Shown here one piece after another: positions 45,766-53,942 of a stretch of DNA of 64,000 nt. The notes under the pieces were generated by a model that searched no databases, was not told the origin of the DNA, and saw only the letters and a list, made by a program, of their open reading frames with translations. Where the stretch lies: contig CAVSZB010000007.1 of the NCBI GenBank assembly GCA_963732385.1, positions 864,001 to 928,000 of the forward strand, in the 5' to 3' direction. The DNA is from an uncultured bacterium (GTDB taxonomy: Bacteria > Krumholzibacteriota > Krumholzibacteriia > LZORAL124-64-63). Positions within the stretch are counted from its first letter, which is position 1. Each line of letters starts with the position of its first letter. The translations under genes were made by a program, and so were the position numbers.

Positions 45766-47082
45766 TCAGGCTTCGACGTAGTGCCGCAGGTAACCGTAGG
45801 TCGGCGTCAGTTCGCCGCGATGGACGATGACAGCCTTCTTGAGGTGAGGCGGCAGATTCAGCCGGGCGAAGTCGGCACTCCAGTCGGCGGCGGCCAGATC
45901 GATCACCATGCCACGCAGGGTGGCGCTGAAGTGCTGTGACGACTCCAGCGACAGCTCGCACGGCAGATTGTCCACCGCCATGATCACGGGCCCGTGCCCC
46001 TCGACACCATCCCGCACCGTGTCCTCGACCGGATCGTAGGTATAACAGGGCGAGGCGGGCTGCGTCGCGCGCAGGGTCAGCTCGATGCTGCCCTCGATGT
46101 CGCAACTGATGTCGCCGATGACCTGCAGACGGGGGCGGCGACCGGGCAGGTAGTGGGTCATGGCCCACTCCCGCGTGACGAGCCGCGGATAGCGCTCTTC
46201 CCAGTAGATCGTGTTCACCAGCACATCCAGATACGGCAGGTGCCGTTCGAAACAACCGATGTAGCGCTCGGGCCGCTTATAGTAGTCCTGGAGCTGGAAG
46301 GTCGCCTGGGGATCGGTCGGGCGCGCCATGTGCTCTTCCCTGAAGAGGACCTTCAGGAGCGCCGGTCCGTCAGCGCTGCCAGGGGTCGCCGCGGCCGGCA
46401 ATTCGTCCGGCGACACTTCCGTCAGCGGCAGGCACTCGAGGATCTCCTGGGCCCCCTGCGCCACGTTGCCGTAGCCCGCGATGCCGATCACGAGCGGACG
46501 CATCCCCTCGGGCAGGCCATGCCGCACGATCCGCGCGCCGATGTCACGCAGATGATCCTTGGCCGCCTCGAGATCGGCGTACCCGTACGCGTGCCGCACC
46601 TCGGAGAACGGGGAGGCGATGCCCCGCCATTTGAGCCGCTGGCCGAGGCACCACAAAGTCTCGATCATGCCGGCGAAGCCGGCGTGACGGCTGAAGAACA
46701 CCAGCCGGCGGTTCTGCTCGTCTGCGATCTTCTCGTAGTCGACCAGCGAACAGCCCAGTTCGAGCAGCCGCCCGAGCATCGGCATGTTGTACGGCTGTCC
46801 CTTTACGACGTGCGAAAAATAGACGTAGGCCTTGCCCGCCTGCAGCAGCCGCGCCGGAATCTCCTTGATGGCCAGGATGACGGAACAGGCGCTCAGATCC
46901 TCGCTCACGGTGAGACCGGCGGCACGGTATTCCTCGTCCGTAATCACCCGGATCGGGGAGGGCTGGATAATGAATTTCAATCCCTGTTCCCGTTCCAGCG
47001 CCACCAGATCCTGCGGAATGAGCGGCGCGCGCCGCTCCCACTCGCTCTTGTCTTCCCGACGAATACCAATCGTAACACCCAT
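45766..47082 (-). CDS. Lysine-ketoglutarate reductase (LKR domain of AASS-like)
   Basis: IRREDKSEWERRAPL, FSHVVKGQPYNM, DYEKI, IYWE.RYPRL, DISCD and VDNLP motifs. Confidence 0.9.
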   Translation of the reverse strand: MGVTIGIRREDKSEWERRAPLIPQDLVALEREQGLKFIIQPSPIRVITDEEYRAAGLTVSEDLSACSVILAIKEIPARLLQAGKAYVYFSHVVKGQPYNMPMLGRLLELGCSLVDYEKIADEQNRRLVFFSRHAGFAGMIETLWCLGQRLKWRGIASPFSEVRHAYGYADLEAAKDHLRDIGARIVRHGLPEGMRPLVIGIAGYGNVAQGAQEILECLPLTEVSPDELPAAATPGSADGPALLKVLFREEHMARPTDPQATFQLQDYYKRPERYIGCFERHLPYLDVLVNTIYWEERYPRLVTREWAMTHYLPGRRPRLQVIGDISCDIEGSIELTLRATQPASPCYTYDPVEDTVRDGVEGHGPVIMAVDNLPCELSLESSQHFSATLRGMVIDLAAADWSADFARLNLPPHLKKAVIVHRGELTPTYGYLRHYVEA

Positions 47083-47159
47083 TAACGGACCTCGTGCGAT
47101 GCGCCCAAATCGTTCTGAAATCTGCAACAACAACGCTCCCATGGGGGCGAAGCCCCTCT

Positions 47160-47188
47160 AAGCTAGGCCCCCCGGCAAAGGGAGTCAA
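47160..47188 (-). promoter_or_regulatory. sigma70 promoter for the lysine-catabolism cluster
   Basis: TTGACT-N17-TAGCTT. Confidence 0.6.
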
Positions 47189-47444
47189 GGCGGGCCGGAC
47201 GGCAACCGGCGTCGATGACTTGCCTCACATTCGGGCGGGAGGATCGCCCGGATCAGGTCGCGAGATCGCGGCCGGTGATCCGCTTGAGTTTCTCGACCAT
47301 CCCCTCGAGTCGTCCCCCCGAGACGCCAGCCCCCCGGTCAGTCGGATACATGGAGGACTCCAGCAGCAGCATCGGGACCGTCCATTCCCGCGCCCGCGGC
47401 CCGCCGTTCCGGATCCTTGACAAGGGCCTGGCCGGCGGTTAGTC

Positions 47445-48119
47445 ATGCCGACTATGGTTCACACCGTGCTCGAAGCCGTCGGCGCCTGGATCATCCAGCA
47501 GATCTCGGCCCTGGGATACTGGGGCGTCATCCTGCTGATGGCCATCGAATCGGCCTGCATCCCGCTGCCGAGCGAGATCATCATGCCGTTCGCCGGCTCC
47601 CTGACCAGCGGACTCGTCAGCGAGGGGGTCGCGCGGCCGGCCGAGTTGAACCTCTGGCTCGTCGGCCTGGCCGGCGCGCTCGGCTGCCTGCTCGGTTCGA
47701 TCCTCGCGTACTGGATCGGCGTGTGGGGGGGGCGGCCTTTCGTGGAACGCTACGGCCGTTTCGTCCTGATCACACGGCACGATCTCGATCTGGCCGACCG
47801 TTTCTTCGCCCGCCACGGGCAGGCGGCCATTTTCATCAGCCGCCTGCTGCCGGTCGTGCGCACGTTCATCTCACTGCCGGCCGGCATCGCCCGCATGCCG
47901 TTCGGAACCTTCTGTCTCTACTCGTTCCTCGGCTCGGTGCCGTGGTGCCTGGCGCTGGCCTGGGTCGGTCGCGTGATGGGCGAGAACTGGCGCTCGCTGC
48001 GCGTCTGGTTCCACCGGCTCGACGCGGTGATCGGCGTGATGATCATCGTCGCGGTCGTCTGGTACGTGCGGCGCCATCTGGCGCTGCTGCGCACCGAGAA
48101 GCGCGGCCGGGCCGCCTGA
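47445..48119 (+). CDS. dedA: DedA-family membrane protein
   Basis: ESACIPLPSEIIMPFAG and RLLPVVRTFISLPAG motifs. Confidence 0.92.
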   Translation: MPTMVHTVLEAVGAWIIQQISALGYWGVILLMAIESACIPLPSEIIMPFAGSLTSGLVSEGVARPAELNLWLVGLAGALGCLLGSILAYWIGVWGGRPFVERYGRFVLITRHDLDLADRFFARHGQAAIFISRLLPVVRTFISLPAGIARMPFGTFCLYSFLGSVPWCLALAWVGRVMGENWRSLRVWFHRLDAVIGVMIIVAVVWYVRRHLALLRTEKRGRAA

Positions 48120-48154
48120 GCGGCGCGGCGCCCCGCTCCGGAAGCACCCCCCGT

Positions 48155-49696
48155 TCAGTTCTTCGCGTCGCGACCCACCGTGCGTTCGAGTGCATCAACC
48201 ACCGTGCGCAGCACCTTCACGCGTGCGTACGGCTTGTCCTCCGCCTCGACGATGGTCCACGGCGCGGCGGCGGTGCTGGTCTGGCGCAGCATGTCCCCCA
48301 CCGCCTCCATGTACTGCGGCCACTTCGCGCGGTTGCGCCAATCCTCCGGAACGATCTTGTAGCGCTTGTCGGGATTCTCCTCGCGCGCGCGGAAGCGGCG
48401 CAGCTGCTCCTGAGGGCTGATGTGCAGCCAGAATTTCAGGAGCACGACGCCCGCTTCGGTGAGCGCCCGCTCGAATTCGTTGATCTCGCGGTAGGCGCGG
48501 CGCCAGGCCGCCTCGCCGGCGATGCCCTCCACCCGCTCCACGAGCACCCGGCCGTACCAGGTGCGGTCGAAGACCGCGAGGTGCCCCCCCTTGGGCAGGT
48601 CGCGCCAGAAACGCCACAGGTAATGATGCGCCTTCTCCTCGGGGGTAGGGGCCGCCACCGGGATGACCGCGTAACCGCGCGGATCGAGTTCCTCGACGAG
48701 GCGTTTGATGGCGCTCCCCTTCCCCGCCGCGTCCCACCCCTCGAACGCCACGATCGTCGACTGGCGGCGCGCGTAGCAGGCGAATTCCAGTTCGCGCAGC
48801 CGCGCCTGCGCCGCGGCCAGTTCGCGCTGGGCATCGGCCCTGGCCAGGCGCAGTGACAGGTCGGCGCGCGCCAGCGGCGAATCGGGCGGAATGGCGAAGC
48901 CGGGCGACAGCGTGTCGGGGGTCGGCGTGACCGGCGCCGCCGCTGCGGCCTGGTCCGGCGCGGCGGGATCCGCCACCGTCACGCCCCGCGCAGCCAGCCC
49001 GCGACGCAACGCGTCGGCCGCCCCGCGCATCACCCCGACCCGCCGCCACTGGTCGTCGTCCGCCTCCACCAGCACCCAGGGCGCCTCGGACACTTGCGTG
49101 CGCGCCAGCACCTCCTCGACCACGCGCAGCGTCTCTTTCCAACCGTGCTCGCGTCGCCCGCGCGCCAGCTCGGCGCGCCAGCGCTGGTGCTCGTCCTTCG
49201 CCCACGCCTTGACCCGGCGCTTCTGCTCCTGGCGGCTGACGTGCAGCCAGAACTTCACCACGACCGTGCCGTCGGCGACGAGTTGCTGCTCGAATTCGCG
49301 CGTCTGCGCCAGCGCGCGTTCCCAGGCGGCGTCGTCGAGCGCGCCGTCGAGCCGCCGCTGCACCAGTTCGCTGTGCCAGGAACGATCGAACAGGGCCAGC
49401 TCCCCGCGCAGGGGTGTGCGCAGCCAGAATCGCCACCACATCGGCCGCAGCGACTCCTCCTCGGACGGCTCCCGCGGCGCGTAGACCTGGAATCCGCGCG
49501 GATCGAGCCACTCCACGAGGTGCGCCAGCGAGTCTCCCTTGCCGGCGCCGTCCATCCCCTCGAAAACGAAGAGGGCCGGCAGCCCGTGCACGAACGCCGC
49601 GCGCTGCAGGCGGGCCAGCTCCTCGCCGAGCCGTTTGCGCTCCACTTTGGCGATTTCGGGGTCGAGCTTCCGGGTGAGGTCGAGGATCTCGAGCAT
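48155..49696 (-). CDS. Two-domain polyphosphate kinase 2 (polyP:AMP phosphotransferase)
   Basis: Tandem FEGMDGAGKG..LDPRG..FDRSW and FEGWDAAGKG..LDPRG..FDRTWYGRVLVERVEG domains. Confidence 0.92.
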   Translation of the reverse strand: MLEILDLTRKLDPEIAKVERKRLGEELARLQRAAFVHGLPALFVFEGMDGAGKGDSLAHLVEWLDPRGFQVYAPREPSEEESLRPMWWRFWLRTPLRGELALFDRSWHSELVQRRLDGALDDAAWERALAQTREFEQQLVADGTVVVKFWLHVSRQEQKRRVKAWAKDEHQRWRAELARGRREHGWKETLRVVEEVLARTQVSEAPWVLVEADDDQWRRVGVMRGAADALRRGLAARGVTVADPAAPDQAAAAAPVTPTPDTLSPGFAIPPDSPLARADLSLRLARADAQRELAAAQARLRELEFACYARRQSTIVAFEGWDAAGKGSAIKRLVEELDPRGYAVIPVAAPTPEEKAHHYLWRFWRDLPKGGHLAVFDRTWYGRVLVERVEGIAGEAAWRRAYREINEFERALTEAGVVLLKFWLHISPQEQLRRFRAREENPDKRYKIVPEDWRNRAKWPQYMEAVGDMLRQTSTAAAPWTIVEAEDKPYARVKVLRTVVDALERTVGRDAKN

Positions 49697-49925
49697 GCTG
49701 CGCCTTCCGTCGACTCCCGCGCCCCGGGGGACGCCTCCCGTCGATCCGGGAGCGGACCGACCGGCGGAGGCTAGCACGCCGACCGTCACGGGGAAACCGC
49801 GCGCTCGGCGCGGCGGCCGCGCCCCGCACTCACGGTCTGGCATCCTCCCGGCGCAAATGTTATTGTGCCGCGACCGTAAGCTCCCAGCCCCCGGCCCACC
49901 CCACAAGAGGCTCACAGGCGAGATA

Positions 49926-52088
49926 ATGAAGAAAATCACCGGGTTGGTCAGCCTTCTGTTTTTTCTGAGCGGGGCCAGCGGTCTGATCAGCGAACTGGTC
50001 TGGATCAAGCTGCTGGGCCAGCTCCTGGGCGGAACCACCTTTGCCATCAGCGCCGTTCTCGCGGCGTTCATGGGCGGCCTCGCCCTGGGCAGCTGGCGGT
50101 TCGGCCCCCGCGCCGACCGCGATCCGCGGCCGCTACGCCTCTATGCCCGGCTCGAGCTCGCGGTCGCGGCCACCTCGCTGGCGGTGCCGCTGCTGCTGGT
50201 GGCCGTCCGGCCGCTCTACGTCGTGCTCGCCCGCGCCGTGCCGGAGCCTGGCACGAGCCTGGTGCGCATCCTCGTGGCTGCGGCCCTCGTGCTCCCGCCG
50301 ACCTTTTTCATGGGCGGCACCCTGCCGGTGCTCGGACGCTTCCTGGTGCGGCGTGGCGACCGGCTCGGACGCGGGCTCGGCCTGCTCTACGCTGTCAACA
50401 CGCTGGGGGCGGTGGCGGGAGCGTTCCTGACCGGCTTCCTGCTGATCCCGGCCCTCGGCCTGCTGCCGTGCGTGGCGCTCGCGGTGGCCGGCAACCTCGT
50501 GGCGGGCGGCGCCGGCCTCCTGCTGGCGCGCAGCCTGGGCGACGCGGGCCCGACCGACAGGACCGGCGACACGACCGACGGCGCGGCTGGTGTCGTCCCG
50601 AGCGCGCGCGGGGAGACACCGGTCACGACCGCGCCCGAACTGGACCTCCGCCTGCTCGCCGGCGTATTCGCGCTGACCGGCTTCGCCGCCCTCGGCTGCG
50701 AGCTGTACTGGACGCGCGCCCTGCACCACTTCCTGGGCAACACCACTTACGCTTTCAGCGCGATGCTCACCACTTATCTCTTCGGGCTCGCCGCGGGCGG
50801 CTGGGTCGGCGGCCGCCTCGCGGACCGGGCAGCCTCGCCCGCGCGCCTGCTCGGCTGGACCCTGCTCGCATCCGCAGCGGCGTTCCTGGCCTCCGTCCCG
50901 CTGATCTGGAACTGGCTGCCGACAATCGACGGCTCCGCCTGGCTCAGCGCGCCGCAGCAGAGCTGGCACAGCTACCTGCTGAAACGCTTCCTGGCGAGCG
51001 CCGCCGTGATGGTCGTGCCGACCCTGCTGTCGGGCATGACGTTCCCCCTGGTGAACCGGATCGGCATCGCCTCGCTGTCACGCCTCGGCCAGGGCGTGGG
51101 CCGGCTCTACGCCGCCAACACCGCCGGCGCCATCGCCGGCTCGCTCGCCGCCGGTTTCCTCGTGCTGCCGCTGCTGGGCGCGCGGCGGGCGCTGCTGGTG
51201 ACGGCGCTGCTGAGCGGCGCGGCCGGCGTGACGGTGCTGGTCGCGGCGCGCCGCCGTCGCGGCGGGATCGTGGTCTGGCCGGCCCTGGCCGTGCTGGCGG
51301 CGCTGGTCCTGCTGGCGCCAACGCTCGACCGGCGGGCGCGCGTCATCCTGAGCGACTCCCAGGCCTCCGGCGACACGGTGCTGTTCAGCCGCGAGGATCC
51401 CACCGCCGAAACCCGCGTCTACCGCAAGCCCAACGGCGAACTGCACATGAGCGTCGATGGCCGCCACATCGGCGGCACCGAGCCCGGCATCGTGCGCAAG
51501 GAGAAGATCCTCGCGCATCTGCCGGTGGCGCTGACGCCGCGCGCCCGCAACGTGCTGGCGGTGGGGCTGGGCAGCGGCATCACGCTCGGCGCGCTCGGCC
51601 TGTACGACGAGGTGGAGCAGCTTGCCTGCGTGGAGATCGTCCCCTCGGTGGTCGAGGGGGCCCGCCTGTTCGCGACGGCGAACCACGACGTGCTGGCCGA
51701 CCCGCGCCTGCGCCTGATCGTCGGCGACGGCGTGCAGTTCCTGCTGACCACCCGCGAACGCTTCGACGTGATCAGCAGCGACTCGAAGCTCAACCCGGAA
51801 TTCGTCGGCAACTCCGCGATCCTCGCGCGCGAATACTACGAGCTGTGTCGCGACCGGCTGACGGAGCGGGGCGTGATGATCCAGTGGACGGTCACGCACC
51901 TGCCGAACGCGGAAACGCGCATCGTCACGCGCACTTTCATCGAGGTCTTCCCGTACGTGGAATTGTTCTGGATCGATCCGAGCAACGTGATCCTGGTCGG
52001 CAGCCGCGCCCCGATCGCGCTCGACGCGGACCGCTGGGCCGAGCGTGGACGGAGGCCTGTCGATTGCCACACGCGATGCGCACCCTGA
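49926..52088 (+). CDS. Fused MFS-like membrane / spermidine synthase-like protein, possibly C-terminally truncated
   Basis: Two repeats of SG...ELVW..LG.T / LYAVNTLGA; VGLGSGIT, VEIVPSV, GDG and FDVISSD motifs. Confidence 0.85.
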   Translation: MKKITGLVSLLFFLSGASGLISELVWIKLLGQLLGGTTFAISAVLAAFMGGLALGSWRFGPRADRDPRPLRLYARLELAVAATSLAVPLLLVAVRPLYVVLARAVPEPGTSLVRILVAAALVLPPTFFMGGTLPVLGRFLVRRGDRLGRGLGLLYAVNTLGAVAGAFLTGFLLIPALGLLPCVALAVAGNLVAGGAGLLLARSLGDAGPTDRTGDTTDGAAGVVPSARGETPVTTAPELDLRLLAGVFALTGFAALGCELYWTRALHHFLGNTTYAFSAMLTTYLFGLAAGGWVGGRLADRAASPARLLGWTLLASAAAFLASVPLIWNWLPTIDGSAWLSAPQQSWHSYLLKRFLASAAVMVVPTLLSGMTFPLVNRIGIASLSRLGQGVGRLYAANTAGAIAGSLAAGFLVLPLLGARRALLVTALLSGAAGVTVLVAARRRRGGIVVWPALAVLAALVLLAPTLDRRARVILSDSQASGDTVLFSREDPTAETRVYRKPNGELHMSVDGRHIGGTEPGIVRKEKILAHLPVALTPRARNVLAVGLGSGITLGALGLYDEVEQLACVEIVPSVVEGARLFATANHDVLADPRLRLIVGDGVQFLLTTRERFDVISSDSKLNPEFVGNSAILAREYYELCRDRLTERGVMIQWTVTHLPNAETRIVTRTFIEVFPYVELFWIDPSNVILVGSRAPIALDADRWAERGRRPVDCHTRCAP

Positions 52089-52124
52089 CCAAGCCGAACG
52101 CCATGCCTCACGGTCGCCGAACCG

Positions 52125-52913
52125 TCAGCCGACCATCAGGACCTCGCCCGCCTCGTGCTGGCCCGCCACGCCCAGTCGCAGCGGCGGCCGCCGGCCAAGC
52201 CGCGCCTCCAGCCGCGCCCACACCGTCGCCACAGCCAGCGCGGGGTCGTTGTTCGTGCCGCTGAGGTGGCCGAGCGTGACCCGGCGCAACCGCGGACTGA
52301 GCGGCACGATCCGCGCCAGCAGGTCGCCGCACTGCGTGTTGCTCAGGTGGCCCCGCGACCCCGCGATGCGCCGCTTCAGGAACGGCGGGTACGGCCCGTC
52401 GCGCAGCAGGCCCTCGTCGTGATTGGCCTCGACCAGCAGATAGTCGAGGTCGCTCAGCGCCCGGTCCGGCAGGTCGTCCGCATCGCCCAGATCGGTCAGG
52501 ATGAGCGCCGTCGCCCCGCCCCCTGCGATCCGGTACGCGACCGCCTCGTTCGCATCGTGCGGCACCGCCACCGCGGTGATCGTCAGCCCGGCGGCCGCGA
52601 AAGGCGCCCCGACCACCACCCGCCGTCCGACCGTCCCCGTCAGGTGACCGCTGCCGCGCAGGGTGCCCCGCGTCATGTGCAGCGTGGCCTGGTGTCCGGC
52701 CACGAACGACCCGAGCCCGGCGATGTGGTCGTGATGTTCATGCGTGACCAGCACCGCGGCGATGCATCGCGCCTCGATCCCGCGCGCGGCCAGCCGTTGC
52801 GCAAGCATCCGCCCGCTGAGCCCGCAATCGACCAGCAGCGCAGCGCCGTCCGCCTCCACCCAGGTGGCATTGCCACGGCTTCCGCTGGCGAGATGGCAGA
52901 CCCGCAGGGACAC
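52125..52913 (-). CDS. MBL-fold metallo-hydrolase (YycJ/WalJ-like)
   Basis: SGSRGN, THEHHDHI, PHDA, TDLG, EANHD, GHLSN and HLS motifs. Confidence 0.9.
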   Translation of the reverse strand: MSLRVCHLASGSRGNATWVEADGAALLVDCGLSGRMLAQRLAARGIEARCIAAVLVTHEHHDHIAGLGSFVAGHQATLHMTRGTLRGSGHLTGTVGRRVVVGAPFAAAGLTITAVAVPHDANEAVAYRIAGGGATALILTDLGDADDLPDRALSDLDYLLVEANHDEGLLRDGPYPPFLKRRIAGSRGHLSNTQCGDLLARIVPLSPRLRRVTLGHLSGTNNDPALAVATVWARLEARLGRRPPLRLGVAGQHEAGEVLMVG

Positions 52914-53297
52914 GGTTCCTCCTGCAATACGAGGGGCCGGGCAGCTTCGGAGCCCACGCCGATAATGCTCTAACTTACGCCATTACAGGATATTTCGCGC
53001 AAGATTTCAAGTCCCATGCGAACCACTTCGAGACACGGAAACCGGCCAACGCCCGCGATTCTCGGGCCTGCCTGCCCGCGACCCGCCGCGCCGGATCGCT
53101 CGTCGCAGCCGGCGTGGCCACGTTTGACCCGCGAAAGTGGCCAAACGGCATTGACCTGCGGGCAGCCAGAGGTCATGTTTTGACCCGCGTGCTTCGGCAC
53201 CCGCGGTTGCGGGCGCGACGGTGCGTCGAGCGAGCCACGCGGACCGTCGCCTGCAGGCGCCGGTCTCTTACGCCAGATGTGGAGCGGAGGAAGCGTC

Positions 53298-53909
53298 ATG
53301 TGCGCAGTTCAGGTCGGGCCCGGCATCTACGCCTTCGAGCCCGGCGACGTCCGTCCCGAGGCCCTGCTGTTCGAGTACACCGTGGAGAGCCATGATGGCA
53401 GCGCCGACGGCGCGGCTTACTACTGCATCTGTGGCAACGTCTCGGAAGTGGCCGGCACCTGCGCCGAAATCCTGCGCGCCCAGCTCGAGACCGGCATCAC
53501 CGAAGAGGAGTCCTACGCCGACTATCTGCGCGGCGGCGCCTACACCGGCGCCAACGCCAGCGCCAACGCCGCCCCCAGCCCCGGCCAGAGCCCCGACGCG
53601 GCCCTGATCGACCGCTGGATCACCTGGCAGTCCGAGCGCCTGACGGGGCTCCACCTGACCTACCTGCGCTCGCAGAGCCCCGCCATCCTGGCCGGCGTGG
53701 TGGAGATCATCCGCCAGTACAACTTCGGCGAAGTGAGCTTTATCGAAGCCCTCGGCTCGTATGTCGACGACAGCCAGGAATACCTGCTCGACCGCCTCGC
53801 CGCGATGCGCGCCACCAATGGCGCCGCCTCCGACAAGTGCAAGCTTGCCCTCCCCACCGACGCCGCGCTGCTGGCGGAGCTGTTCACATTCCTGAACGAG
53901 CGGAACTGA
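53298..53909 (+). CDS. Hypothetical acidic protein
   Basis: GGAGG RBS, GC3-biased codons and globular-looking composition; no motif recognised. Confidence 0.7.
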   Translation: MCAVQVGPGIYAFEPGDVRPEALLFEYTVESHDGSADGAAYYCICGNVSEVAGTCAEILRAQLETGITEEESYADYLRGGAYTGANASANAAPSPGQSPDAALIDRWITWQSERLTGLHLTYLRSQSPAILAGVVEIIRQYNFGEVSFIEALGSYVDDSQEYLLDRLAAMRATNGAASDKCKLALPTDAALLAELFTFLNERN

Positions 53910-53942
53910 CCGGACGGGAATATTGGCGGGCGCCGGACGCGG

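Noticed and set aside
52974..53275. 9-bp direct repeat CTTACGCCA (52974 and 53267) as a target-site duplication
   Set aside because: No terminal inverted repeats lie inside it, and it could be chance.
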